NCBI GenBank assembly: GCA_013265495.1
Contig: MU058687.1
Span: 2,482,001 to 2,546,000 of the forward strand
Direction of reading: 5' to 3'
DNA from: Vicugna vicugna
Lineage: Eukaryota
DNA length: 64,000 bases
This document shows positions 37,001 through 50,800 of the stretch, one piece after another; the stretch's first letter is position 1, and every line of letters starts with the position of its first letter. Made by a program: the position numbers and the translations under genes. The notes beneath the pieces were generated by a model, which worked only from the letters and a program-made list of their open reading frames with translations, was not told the origin of the DNA and did not search any database.

Positions 37001-38606
37001 ACGCTGAAGATACCGTTTAACGCTGCTGTTCAGTGAGCACTCCAGAGATACCAGCTCCTGTGCTGAGCACTTCATACAGATTTCCTAATTTCATCTGTTT
37101 AGATTATTCCCTTCTGATTTTTCCTTCCCCGTGGAGTGAGCTCCACCCACTGAAACACTCAGGCTCTCTCCACCCCTCCTTTAAGGAGCAGCTCATCCGA
37201 CTGGCCCTTTGGAAGGAGAAACAGGGCATGCACCTCTCAGCCTCTTCCCACCAGCCTCCCGGTCCTTGTCCTTCGGGGACTAGCTCCTTTGCCTTCCCAT
37301 CATATTAGTTTAACCAGGCCTGTGTGGTTCCAGGGATGCTAGTGGCCAGAAAAATCTGTCGGTTCTGGGGCTCAATGTCAGGAAACCCTCTGGCCTGTGT
37401 GTTAGGACCTGGCCTTTATCAGTAATAAAGGTGATTTGGGGTGTTCCTATGAGGACTCTTCACTTGTTATTTAGGAGTTGGTTCAGACCCAGGTGGAGAC
37501 TACCTTTTCGACCTTAACATAATCCTGGCACCATCCCCATGATGTCGATGCAGGTTACATTATTGAGGTTTAGCCACTCACCCCAGGCCACACATCTAGA
37601 TGAGCTAGGGTTCAGACTCGGGTGTTTTTAACTCCAAAGAATGGCTCTTACCTATGCTGTACCCCTTAGTGAAAAGTTTCTCTGCACCCCACCACCCCAT
37701 CACTAGCAGAAAAATGGATTCTCAGCCTCTTGAGAAGAAAAGAGGACCATTAGGATCCTCTAATCAGGGGACCCTGACCTGGATGTGCCAGACGTGCTTC
37801 CCAAGAAAGGCCTTGCTAGCCGTCCTGTCTGTTGGCTCTGCTCACTGGCTGGGCCTTGCCTGTAGCTTCCTTCTCACTCCCAGGAGCTTTGTCCATCTTC
37901 GTATTTGCTTCTCTCCACTTTTGCATTATTTGGCAAAAATATCCCAATCCCTAAATAAAGGACTTGTAGTTCCAAGACATTTCGCCATGAGCATGGTTGT
38001 TTCTCCCGGTTGGCTCTTTTTTTGTTTCCTTCATCTATTCCTGGATGTTCTCATGATGACTTGAATTTCAGACTCATTCATTTTCCGGATGACTTGTTGG
38101 CACTGCCATGTGGCACGTGATCAGGAACAGAACGTGCCCTCTTCTCTTTCCTGTGCAACCTCTCTTTTGGTGCACTGGCAACCTTTCTCACATGCTCCCA
38201 TTCTGCTGGGTGTCTCTAGAAATAAGGAATTTAGAGTCTAGTAGGGACTCTGCTTCTTCCTTATATCCCTTCTACTTCTTTCTCAAATAACAGCTTAGTT
38301 TTCTGCATTTGAAAAATAGTGCCTGGTTGTAAACTCCAAAGACTTGGAATTGCAGGGGACCCTACTTCTCTAGTATTATAGGTGAGAAATTAAGGTACAG
38401 AGAGGTTAAGGGACTTGCCTAAAGTCACACAGTGAACAAGTAGCTGAGCTGAGCCAGACTAATTCTCAATCTCTTGACTCTCAGTCCAGTCCTCATCCCA
38501 GAATGTTATTTGGTTAAATTGATCCATGGGCTTAAGTCTTGACTTAAGGACCATATAATTGAGTGAAGCAAGCACCTCCCCTTCTCTGCATTATTGAAGC
38601 CAAGTT

Positions 38607-38709
38607 TTTTTTTTCCTTTTAATTTTGTTTTTATTGAAGTGTAGTTGATTTACAATGTTAGTTTAAGGTGTACAGCAAAGTGATTCAGTTATACATATAC
38701 ATACATAGA
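38607..38709 (-). mobile_element. Very short L1 3' tail insertion
   Basis: tttattgaagtgtagttgatttacaatgttagttt...gattcagttatacatata; flanks aagccaagtt / aaaccaagtt (probable TSD). Confidence 0.85.
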
Positions 38710-40089
38710 AAACCAAGTTCTGCTGCGTCTGTTCCATCAGGGTCAGACCCACCTCTTGCCTCTCTGCCCTACTTTTTTGGCTCACTTTTCTTACTATTGT
38801 GCAAGTCAGTTCTTGCCCTGGGGACTTGACATTGGCGATCCCCTCAGACTGAACAGTCTTCCCAGATTTTTGCATTGCTCCTCAGATCACTCAGGTCTCT
38901 GCTCAAATGTCCCATCTTACCAGAATTGTCCTTTCTTCCCTATCACCTCTTATGCATCCTACCCTGCTTCCTGAGTCTCAGAGCACCGACTGATCACTCT
39001 CTGCAACATCGTCTGCACTTGTTCTCTTGTCATTGTCTGCCTCCTGCACAGAAATGTGAACTCTGTGATGGCAGGGACTTTGCCTCACTTTCCACTGTAT
39101 CCCCAGTGCCAGGCACTCAGTAGATGATCAATAGATAATGAATTTGCCTGTTATTAATATACTATTGATTTTATATATATAGGATCAACATATAGTACCG
39201 AGTGGAGGGTGGCAGGCAACCAGTTGGCTGCCGTGAGAGCCAGGAGCACGGCAGCACTGTCCTGAGTGTTTCTAGACTCAAACGCTCTGCAGAGCACAGC
39301 ACATCTGACTCTCGAGGGAGGAGGAAGCTCCACAGAGCAGGACTGCATCTCCTCTGACACCAGGACGATGGGCCAAAACACATGAACATAGGCGGAACTT
39401 AAGCAGCCCGGTCAGGATTAAGGCACTCTCTCCTGCATCCTATTTTCACCAGGTAACAGATTCTCTCCATGATGAGATGCCCACTGCCTGGGACCCCACC
39501 TCTCACTAACTAGAGCCCCACACCCTACCAGACCACACGGCTGCCCTTAGAAATGCATGTCATTGGTGGTCACTCTATCTTCCATCTACAAAGATAAAAA
39601 GGTAACTGGCATTTTAGGTGAGGAGCCTGGCTAACTCAGAAGTCAGCAAGGAAGAAAGGTCTGCCCCTGATCATAGAATTTGGAATACCAGTGGTGAGTA
39701 AGGGCGAGGGGGTGGTATTTTCAGGTCCAATGACCCCTTTCTGTGACCTTTAACATCATGAACCACTGGGAGCCACAGAAATCCTTCTCCCACCTCATGA
39801 ACCCCTCAGTCAAATGAGGAAGGGGTCACCACACCAAGGTGGCTTCACGTTTTCCTTTCCTACACTTGCACTGAGATGCTCAGGTGGCAGACCAGTCTTT
39901 GTCTTTCCCTTGGCCCAAGCTAGGAACATCTCTGTATGTAAAGAGAGAAGTCATCCAGGTTGCAATGTCTTTATTGTACAGGGTGACCTGTGTACTTTAA
40001 AATGCCCTTGAGGCTGCCGAGTACTCCCCATCCCTTAAAGATGGCTTTAGTATTCATGCTTTATTACATATTATTATTATTTTAATCAA

Positions 40090-40310
40090 TGGCTAACATT
40101 AATATTATATACTAGGCACTGTTTTAAGTATATTACTTGTATAAATTAATTTAATTCTCATAGGACCTTATGAGATAAGTAATATTATTAGATCCATTTT
40201 CAAGTGTGGAGACTGAGGCACAAAGTGATTAGTTTGCATGAGATCATGCAGCTACTGTGATAGAAAAGGGATTTTAAACAGGCCATCTGGCTCTAGAGCT
40301 CCATACTCTT
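40090..40310 (-). mobile_element. MIR SINE
   Basis: atttaattctcatagga...ccattttcaagtgtggagactgaggcacaaagtgatt. Confidence 0.75.
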
Positions 40311-40732
40311 AATAAATTTTTAAGGCTACGAATTTTCTCCGTGGTTCAGCTTTAGCTATATTCCTCACTTGCAGTTTGTACATGTTTTATTGTAATAATT
40401 ATTTAAATGTTCTAAAACTTCAGTTTTGACTTCATTATTGATCTAAGAGTTGTTTAGAAAAGAGTTTTAAGTCTTTCAAGTAGCTTGGGATTTTGTTCTT
40501 TTTGGTTGTTTGCTTTTATGAGTTAAAAGTCTCTGATTTCAAGGAAAAACCTCCAGCTGACTTAAGTAAAAGATGAGAACTGTTTATAAGGATATAAGGC
40601 TTTGTGTACGCCAAGGGCAAGCATGCAGGTGAAACTCTTTAACAAACATGAATCAGTGACTGGGGAGTTACCAAGGGGCCTGTCCCCATGTCTAATCTCT
40701 ACTCCCTCCTATGCACCCGTTTCATTCTCTTT

Positions 40733-40828
40733 GTTGTTGGTGGTAGTGGTAGTTGAGGCACTGGGGATTGAACCCAGGACCTCATGCATGGTAAGCACAT
40801 TCTTTACCACTGAGCTATACCTGCCCCC
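40733..40828 (-). mobile_element. tRNA-derived SINE, vic-1-like, short form
   Basis: ctggggattgaacccaggacctcatgcatggtaagcac...accactgagctatacc; TSD ttcattctcttt / ttcatcctcttt (40721-40732 and 40829-40840). Confidence 0.92.
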
Positions 40829-41436
40829 TTCATCCTCTTTTTTGCCAACCTGTTTCTTCTGTTCTAAGTTCACAGGGCAGATCATAATCACTGATAATTC
40901 CCAAATTTGCATGTTACAGGTCCAGCCACCTGAGAGATGATGTTCCTCTCTCTGTGCCTCAATTCCAAATTCCAAGGGAAGGAATTCTGGCCCATGTGGC
41001 TCAGGTATCCAGTCATAAATCAGTCAATCAAGGCCTGTGATGTGGGGTCACATTGCACTAGATGGTTGCTGGAAGCCCAAAGCTCAGAGGCTTATTTTTG
41101 GGAGAGGGGATAGGAGTAGTTGTGACTGGATTGGACATGCAAAAAGGTGTTCACTACTGTTTATTTTTCTTACATTATTTATTTCTGGATTTATTACATT
41201 GTGGACAGAAAATGTATTCTATCTTATTTCTGCCCTTAAGAATTTATAGAGATTTTCTCAATTATTTTTTTTCTTATTTACTTTTATAGAAAGAAAGATG
41301 TGGTAAAGTTTCCTACTGATACTGTTTTTATCAATTTTTAAATATGTTTTAATTCTATACTGTTTGGCATAGAAAGTTTCAAATATATTGCATTCAGTTT
41401 AAGAAGTACATTCTTGTTCTCTGGGGTGCCTAGAAG

Positions 41437-41720
41437 TCATAGACTCCCAGGGTTGGAAGAGACTTTAAAGGTCATTTAGTTCATTCCTCCCTTAGAGACT
41501 TTACTGCCCTCTTCACATTCCCCCAAGTGGCCATTCAGCCATATCTGAACAGTTCCAGTGCTGGGGAACTTGTCCTCAACCCCTGCCCAGAGCCCACTCC
41601 ACTACCAGACTGCTCTGATAACCAGAAAATTCCTTCTCAATGAATTGGACTCGACCTTCTTGGTCTCAGTTCTACCACTGAGTATCCTCTCCCATACACC
41701 ATCCTTTCACTTTTTTCAGA
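41437..41720 (-). mobile_element. CR1/L3 LINE 3' fragment
   Basis: agggttggaagagactttaaaggtcatttagttca...ccagtgctggggaact...agaaaattccttct resembles the reverse CR1/L3 3' end. Confidence 0.6.
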
Positions 41721-42214
41721 TCAGTTTCTAGAAACACAAAATCAGAGCCCTTCTTTCCGGATGACTTTTCTGACAGCTTCAAATGTTCTAAACGTACCAC
41801 AAACTCTGAAATACTCACTGGAAAAGAAATACCTTAAACCTAAAAAGCCGTGTTCCTGCCCCTCACTTGATGAGGGATCCTTGAAAAAGTTAGGCTATGT
41901 TTTCTTCATCTCAGTTTCCCCCCACTTCATCAGAGGTCCTAGAAACAAGTTTACAAACAACAATTTTAATGAGGCAGGGAAAAAAAGAGGGGGAGAAAGA
42001 AAAGGGAAGAGAAGAGAGGTGGTGGTGTTTTTGTGTAGGAGGATGCCTTCAGAGCCCTGGTGGGACAAGCAGTACGCTGAGAAAGAGCCATTTGGAGAGA
42101 CTGCTGACCATCAGTCAGTGGACAAAGCTTGTGGAGTCAGAAGTAAATGTCAAAGATGACTGCTGCTGCCCAGGTTACGCACCCGAGCGCCACCATCGGA
42201 GGTGGGCATTCATT

Positions 42215-42389
42215 TTGCTTGTGTGTGCCTGTCTCCCCCAACTAGGACGTAAGCCCCACAACAACCAGGGATTTTTATTATTATTATTATTATCTTGTTC
42301 ACTGCTGCATCCTCAGGGCCTAGAACAGCTCCTGGCACATAGTAGGCACTCAATAAATATACGTTGAATGAATGAATGAATGAATGAAT
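42215..42389 (+). mobile_element. L2 3' end with (TGAA)n tail
   Basis: cctggcacatagtaggcactcaataaatatacgttgaatgaatgaatgaa. Confidence 0.85.
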
Positions 42390-44482
42390 TCATGAAGCTC
42401 AGCTTTCTTAAGTTAATTATCATGCCCCCACCCCCATCTTCTGCTTTTGTCAATACAGAGGATACAGAGTTGAGCTGGTCTCTGGGGACAGTGATAAATC
42501 AAGCCGATGTGTGTCCTCCTCGAACCCGCACTCTAGTGAAGATATATCACAGCAAGCAAGCCCATAGACCTCCAGTGCTAATCAGCCAGTCGGTCACTTA
42601 AGTCTTGCCTGAATAGAACCCAGGCACGTTTGGATGGACATTTGAGGACTGGTGCCGGAGGGATTTTGAGGGGGAGGAAAGAAGGGAAGCCCTAATAACT
42701 ACAGTCTACTCAGCACTTCTGCACTGGACCTTGTGTCGGATGCTCCAATACATTATCTAATCTAGTCCTTACAATAAACCCAGGAGGTAGATCTGATTAT
42801 CCCCACTTTAAAGACTGAGAAAACAGATGCTCAGAGTTAAAATGGGTTTGTCAAGGATCTCACAGCTAGTAAGTGGCTGAGCTGAAATTTGAACCCAAGT
42901 ATGTCACTCTAGTGTTCTTACAGTCATGACTTGCATGAGTCGTCTGCAGACACTGGGCACCATTAGGTTGTGGGTACTGAGAGAGGGGGAAAGGCGACAT
43001 TGGGCAGTGGGAAGAGCTGTGTTCTGTTCCTGATTGCTCTGCTTACAGTCTGTGCGTTCTCGAGCAAGTCACTTTATCACTCCAACCTCAGTTTCCCCAT
43101 TTGTTACATGAAGGGGTGGGACCAGATGAAATCAACATCCCCATCTAACCCTTATGTTTTCTGCATCCAGAATGGAGGACTGAAATAAATCCCACTAAAC
43201 TCACATTTCTGCCTGGGACAGAGGCTTGCCTGGCACTGAGGATTCCCTACAGGTGAAGACAGTGGAGACAGTGGGGCACAGAACCCTAGATTAGAACATC
43301 ACAAGTTACTTGTCATACAAGGCCAGTAGCCCAGGAGACTGAGCTGAGGGGTTTGGAGATGACTCTGCAGGCCATTCACTTGAGTCTCACCTGGGTTCTG
43401 AGGACACAGAAAGCCTTATGGATTCTCTGATTACATCAGTGATGGGCAGGTGGCTTCTCTGCCTGCCTCTCCATGGGGTGAGGGAGTTTCCCTCCTCTCA
43501 GAGGGAGTTTCATGAGACACTCCAGGGCCAGAAGGAGACCCAGAATTTCAGCTCTAATCTTCATCAATTGGAGAATGTGGACCAGTGGTTTGAACCTTAT
43601 GGAAGGTCATGAACCTCTGACAATTTGATTAAATATTAGAATGCTTTTCCTAGAAAAATTCTCATCCATAAAAAATGCTCAGCTATGTACATAGCTAGCA
43701 TCCTATAAAATCCATTCATGGCCACCAAGCTAAGAATCCTTTGCGTAGAGGGTAAACCCTCTAATTGGAATTGTTCCAGGAATAAATCAGCCTTAAGGGC
43801 TGAGGAGAGGGTCAAGGCCACTTAGAAGTCACTTTATTTTCAAAACATCTCATGTGACTCAAAAGCTGCTATCTTTGAAGGAAAGGGGTTTGAGAGAGTG
43901 AGAAGGGTGACATTTAAAACACACTTGCATACAGTTCTCAACCAACTACTTTATTTTCTTTACGTCTGTCTTGTGATCTAGAGAAGCTAACAGTATTTCT
44001 GTTCCCTTGGTGATCTGGAAGTTCATCCTGAAACACAGATCTTAGGAACATACTGGTCTGCAAATAGCAAGAAATGTTCCCTCTCTCCCCTGATGGTTTT
44101 CCTTGACTCTCAGCAAGCCATGGGATGCCCCTCTCATCATCTGGCAACCACACTTTCTAATCCACATACAACGGGATATACTATCCAAAATCAGAGGCAG
44201 CCAGAAGTGTTGGAAGTCCATGGGCAGGGTAGGCAGGATACCCTATCCAGCACTGCAGTGCCAACTTTTGGCTGTCACGAGATTGAACTCTGAGAAATGT
44301 TATGTTTTTCTTTTGGATTGATGGCTCTTAATCCTTTGGCAGTCTTTAATGCTTTTGCTAATCTGATAAAGCTACATATACCCCCCTTATAAAAAATACA
44401 CAATGTACACGGAAACGAACATTTTTAACCAATTGTAAGGGGTTCACATCCTTCCTAAAGCTGACCCATGAATGCTCTAAAG

Positions 44483-44716
44483 CTACACCATCCAAGATGG
44501 TAGCCACAAGCCCCATGTGGCTCCTGAGCCCTTGAAATGTGGCTAGTTGGAGTTGAGACATGTCATAAGTATAAAATGCACACTGGATTTCAAAGTAGAA
44601 TGAAAAACATAATGTAAATGATCTTATTATTCATTTTTATATGATTACAAGTTGAAATGATAATATTTTGATATATTGGGTTAAATAAAGTACATTATTA
44701 AAATTAATTTCACCAG
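44483..44716. mobile_element. hAT MITE, MER33/MER3-like
   Basis: atggtagccacaagccccatgtggctcctgagcccttgaaatgtggctag...attattaaaattaatttcacc. Confidence 0.75.
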
Positions 44717-46629
44717 GTTCACAAAGCTTAGGAGATTCTGGAGTCCCAAATTTCAAATATTTGCTTTAGCACCTGCCCCACCATATTCCCTACTGCCCTA
44801 TTTCCTGATGTCATCAAGGTGGCTGTTCTAGGCAGGGCTCCGCATGCCATATCTCTACCCTTTTCCTTCCCTATCCACTGTGCCCAGGGCTGAAAGGAGG
44901 CTTGGGACCAGGTAGAGACCTTCCTTAGGGAGAAGGCTCCTGGTCAGGTACTAGGAAGATGTCAGAGCCTCTTCGCAGAGACAGTGCACTGAGCATCCAG
45001 ATGTGGCCAGGGATCTCTCAGCATGAGAAATGTCCCAGGCCCAAGGTTTTGCACTTCCTGCTGGTCCACCAGCTTCAGGCGAAAATCCTCAAGCCCAGGT
45101 TCTAGGGTCTGCAGCTCCTAAAGACCTGACCCCAGCTGTCCATGTAAAGAGTGATGCTACCACATCCCCTGGGATATATGAAGCTCGTGCAGTGGTTTCC
45201 ACCAGAGCCCCTGGATGTATTGTAGTTCTGGGCAATGTCAGCTGCGGGGACCCAGAAATGCCATCTAGTCCAACCCCTGATCTTACAGATGGAGAAACCG
45301 AGACTCAGACAGGTCAAGTGACTTGCCTAGCCACACCACTGCTCAGTACTATCAGCAGGGTCTAGCACAGAGCCTGGCTCAGTAGATACATGTATCACGA
45401 ATGAGTAGGCAATAGCCCTGGGGAAAGAATGCAGATCTCTTTCTGCACAGGCCAGTGGCCATCTCGCTAACCCCACTGACATCCTATCTTCAGCACTTTC
45501 TGGAAAAGAGGGAATTTGTTTACCCTGTTGGTGACCACAGGGGAAGGATGCAGGAGAAAAACATAAGAAGCCAAGCAGGATTTGAAAGGAAAGATTTTAC
45601 CTGAAAGTAAGCATTAGCTGTAATCATCACCCCGCCTCCTCCACAGGGATTTTAGGGTCTCTGTAAACCCTAGGTACTCTCACTTCTAGAAACCCCATCC
45701 CACTGCTTATCAGACATATTCAAATACTCCCATAGCCTACTCAAATAAAGTTTATACCTGACTATTTAAGAGTTGATGGGCAATTAGTTATTGACATATG
45801 TTATGATCTATAGACATTTAATTAAAACATCATTAACTTTAGTATTTGGATGTTTTTGTTGTTGTTATTAAGTCTCAAGCATTTCCATAGGACTTTGCAA
45901 AACTCAGAACCCAAAGGTAGGGCAGCTATTCAGCTAGTGCACTCCAGTACAGCTGTACTGTTGTTTACCTCTGGTACCCTTCTAAATAGCCAGTCCCCAT
46001 GCTTGCCAGATGTTAAGCCTTTGAACACTATCCCTGCTCAAAGTTAAAATGGCCCTGTCTTCCATGGACCTACTTTGTCATCTTGGATGAGCAACAACCT
46101 TAATTAACAGTTAATTTTGCAGAAGGAAGGAACATGTCTTGGTGGGTCCTAAACAGTAACAACAACAACAACAGAAAAAAAACAGGATTCCGAGAATCAG
46201 AGGTCCACTTAGGCCCCATCCTCACTGTGGATGACTCACATGTCAGGAGCAGGATCCCACAGCCGCTGACCACACAAATATTGACACTGCTCACTAACAA
46301 TGACAATCAACAGACACACATAGAGTACTCTGGAGGCTGCAATTCCACATACATATTTTTTCTAACAGGGTGGTGGAGAACATGATGGTGCAACTGTTCT
46401 CCCACCACTCAGAAACTGGAGTCCCCTCATCTGGGATGCATCTGGGCCCCTCATCAGATGTCATGAAGATCACACATTCCCTCCTTCTCACTGATGCACA
46501 CATCTGGTTCAACTGAGGTGTGGGGCTGTGGAGGGGAGGTGTGCCCTGAGGCCATGGAGATCCCATCCCATCAGAACATTACACTGCTGGGTGTATGCAG
46601 CTGGTACCATAAAGTCCTCCAGGGGTAAG

Positions 46630-47150
46630 GGAAGGAGCATGGGCTTTGGAATCAGACACTCCTGAGTAAGAGCCTTGGCCCTGTCACTTGCCAACTGTGA
46701 GACCAGGGAAAGGTGACTAGCTCTCGCCTCCATTTCTTCAACTCTAAAATAGGGAGACCCCACCCTACTTCAAAGGGTTGTTATGAGGATTAAGGGAGAT
46801 GTTGCTTGTGAAGTACCAGTCCTATAATGGTCAACCGAATCATCTGCTTTTCCATTCCATGTCACATGCTCCTTTGAAAACTCCCAGTCCAGCCCAAGAG
46901 TGAAGTTACACAGCTAAAGGGTTAGTATCCTGGAGTCAGGGGCTGGATTTGAATCCATGCTCAGCCACTTACTATGTGACTTTGGGCCAGTTAATTCATC
47001 ACTCTGGGCCTCCTTATCTATAAAAAGAAACCAAAAATACTAGACACTTTAAAGGATTGTTGGGAAGATTGAATAAATTAATAGATGAAGGTGTCTGAAA
47101 TGTGTCAGGCTCCTAGGAAATCCTCATTAGCTACTGACTGTTGTTACTTT
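46630..47150 (+). mobile_element. Two MIR SINEs
   Basis: gggctttggaatcagac...gggttgttatgaggattaa and ctggagtcagg...gccacttactatgtgactttggg. Confidence 0.75.
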
Positions 47151-47641
47151 TTATAGTAGATGCTCAATAAAAGTTAATTGAATTCAAGTTTATCTACAAG
47201 GTGTCCTGGGGAAGAGATGGGATCTCCTCTCCATTAAGGTTCCCAGAGTATTTTCTTTATTCTTTTTTTTTTAAACATCCACACTTTCCTAGTAGAAAGT
47301 CCATAGGAAGGTGGAGGCTAGAACCCTGCCTGAATTATCCTGAGCTGAACATTTTTGAGGTACTTTTCTGATTTTTATTTCTTTTCTCCAGTGTCCCTGA
47401 AAGGAACTTGTAAGGTGGTCCAGCAGATAAGGAAATGGCATCAAAACAAGAAGCAATTTTTTTACCTTTCATAATCCTTTTCCACCAAGCTGTCATCTCC
47501 ATCCTACTAAAAAAGAAGCCCCCATACAGGATAAGAGAGGGAGAAGCTAAGAGGGGCTATGGAGGAGTCTGACTTACTAAGGATTTGCAGCCTCATAGGA
47601 GTGGTCAGTGCCCACATCAAGGCATCATGGTCTAGGAAAGC

Positions 47642-47814
47642 TTCACTGCTCCCAAGTGTGACCCAGGGACCATCGGCATAAGCATCATGGGTAAGATCAT
47701 TAGAAATGCAAAATCCCAGGCCCCACTCCAAATCTACTGAGTCAGAATCTGCATTTTAACAAGAGGCCCCGGGGATTCATTCAACACTTTAACATTTTGA
47801 GAAACACTGCTCTA
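47642..47814. mobile_element. hAT MITE, MER5A-like
   Basis: ttagaaatgcaaaatcccaggccccactcc...gagtcagaatctgcattttaacaag...tttgagaaacactgct. Confidence 0.85.
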
Positions 47815-50800
47815 ATAGATAGAGTGGTGGGTTTGAGGTCTGAGAACTGGGTTTGCATTCTGGCTCAGCTACTCACTAGCTGCATCATCTGGGAAAATGT
47901 ACTTATCACATCTGAGCCTCAGCATCCTCATCTAAACAACTAAGGACAATTATAATGCCCCTCTCCAATCTCTTATGAGGATTATTGGAGCATGTATATG
48001 GAAGTGTTTTGTAGTGTATTAGGCGCTAGATAAATATAGCCTTTCATTTCTTTCCACTGTGTGCAGTTTTTCAAGTAACTCCAGTGACCTGTGGGCCAAC
48101 AGGATTCCAGCCTGTTGATGTGAAGGCAGGCACAGTCACAATGAGATGATGGCAGCTGTCCCCATAGCTGCTCATCCTTGGACACGATCCTTGTTACTGT
48201 TTCCCAAGGATCCCATGTGGACTTACTGAGACCAGGCAGCCACAGTGTGAGGGGAGGTCAAGCTGTTTACACATTTCCTGGGAGATCTGCCAGATAAACA
48301 CCTATTAAGCAATAAAAGGGAATATTGCAAAAAATATGGGCTTCCAAGAATAATAGATACAGCCTTAAATACTGGCTCTGTCATGTCCTAGCTGTGATCT
48401 TGAACAAGTCAGCTCACTTTTGGAGCCTCAATTTCTTCATCTGTACAATGAAAATAACACAGACTTTCTCAGAAGTTTTTGAGACAATATATGTAAACCA
48501 TCTATTATAGCACCTGGCACACGGGTGCTCAGTAAATGATGCTGGCAGCAGTCGTTACTGTTTTAACCAGTAAGAATTATTATGATGTCCATCGCGGATG
48601 TCTCTTTACCCACTGACCGTGAGGAGCTTGTCCTAGGCAAATCTTCTGGATCAAGAATAGATTAAGAGAAACACTCAGTAATTAATTCATTATTCAAGCA
48701 CTTATTAAGCTCCAGCTGTATGCAAGGAAGCTTTGTGTGGCAGAAAGAGCACAGACTGTGCTGTCAGAAGAGACAGGTTTGTATCTCCAAGGGTCCTCCT
48801 TGCTCTAGGAGTCTAGAATGTGTCAGCTTTCAGGGTAAGGAGGGAGAGAAGAGTACCCCAGAGCAGGAACAATTCTGACTGTCGTAACTCAGGGATTGTT
48901 CCTTTGCTGAGGGGAACAGATATGACTGGGGGCAAAAGGATGAAAGATGAGGGCACAGCAGTGACTCCCACTTCACAGGGAGTCAGAGATAATCCGACCT
49001 CCAGGACAGAGCCCATAGGGCAGACCCCATCCCAAACCAGAGTAAAGTTTGATTTTCTATTCTTTGAGCAGCTTGGAACATAATGGAAGCTGGAACATTT
49101 CCAGCTGTAGATAATCCTGTAGAGCAGCAATTCTCAAACTTAACATGAGCATCAGTGTCACCCAGAGAGCTTGTTAAATATACAGATTAGTGGACTGTAG
49201 CTCCAGAGAATCTAATTCAGTAGGGCTTGGAATCCACATATTCAACAGATGCTTCTCATCCAAGTGAAAGAAATTCTGCCTTAGGGACTGAAACCCACTT
49301 CTTCTGATCCCAAATTCTGTAATTTTTCTATTATCTAAGGTCCCCTGGAAGGATGGATAGACATATGGATGGGTGGATTGTTAGATGTAAGGATGGATAG
49401 ATGGACAGACAGACAAAATGAATGACAGTTTCTCCCACATTGGTCCACAGGCTGTGGATGGATACTAGAAACTATGGCCCTGACCTTGTTTGTCACTTCT
49501 GTATCCTTAGCATGGTTCCCGGGAAGGACTACTGAGCTCTGGAGTGGCTGCCCAGATGATGCTGGGACACTGATCAAAGCCAATTTCGTATGATAGAAAG
49601 GACGTAAGATACAGACTTAAAATACATGTGTTTAAGTTTGAACACTGGTACTCCCTGGTTGTACAACAACATGGAATTCACTTTTATTGAACCTTGATTT
49701 TATCATTTATAAAAAGAGGATAAAAGTACCCAACGCACAAGAGTGTTAACTACTAAGTATACTAAATGCTAGCTAATTTCTCCATATAAGGACATAACTG
49801 CCAGCCCCCACTTCCACTTCCTATCTGATCTGAAATCTGTAAGGGGGATCTAATTACCTCACATTTCTGTACACACCACTTTTAGGTACAGAGTCCTATT
49901 GGAGTCCTGCAAAAGTGTGTTGCCTCTTATAAGGTGACTGGGGGTTATGATTTCCAACTGACAGATAGTGGAGGCAATCAGATTGCAGAAGAGTCAAGTC
50001 ACTTATCCAACAGCTGAGGAGCTACAGACCTCAAGGGCATCTTTGGGTTCTAAGCCTAGTGGCCTTTCAACTACTCCCCACTGCCTCCTCCAGAAGAGGG
50101 CACTCTCACGTTAAACCCTAAAATAGCCTTTGCCATAGCTCGGGAGTAGGGCAGGGTCACAGTTAAGATTAAGTTGGTCCCTTGCATTTGTTACTGAATT
50201 ATGTAATTGGAAGCATTTGAATTTTCAACTCCTGTGTCTACGTCTTGCTGTTTAAGACTGGCTGGGCTGAGGCATTCCTGGGAAATCTTCTCTTCAAGTC
50301 TGTTTCATGGACTCTTTACCCTCTGGCCTTCAGAAGGCATTTGCGTCCTGGTTTCTGACAGAGGAGGCTCTGTGAGGGGATCGAGTCTATTTATTCTAAC
50401 TTGCTCTGTCGCCTCTAATGTACTGTCACACAAGTGACTTGCTGTGCGATGCTAGAAACAATAAAATGCACGATTAAGAGTGTGGCTAATGCCTCCCAGG
50501 GAGCCCGGCTCTCTGGAGGTCACATTTCCCCATGAATTCATCGTGCATGGATGGTTTCCCCACGGCCTGCAGAGGAGCTCTGCTGTGGGGTACCCATCTT
50601 GCCCGTTTTCCTCTTTTCTATGCAGAATTGGGGGTTAGGCAGATAGTGGGGAGTGGGGGATAGAGAAGACAGCCCACTCCACCCAGTGGCCCTCCAAGAT
50701 GAGAACAGACCTGCCTCACCCTTTCCGTGGGGTTCTCTCCTCATCCTTGAGTTCAACTCTTGCTTCAAAGAGCCTGTCCAGCTCTGGCTTTTATGACTCA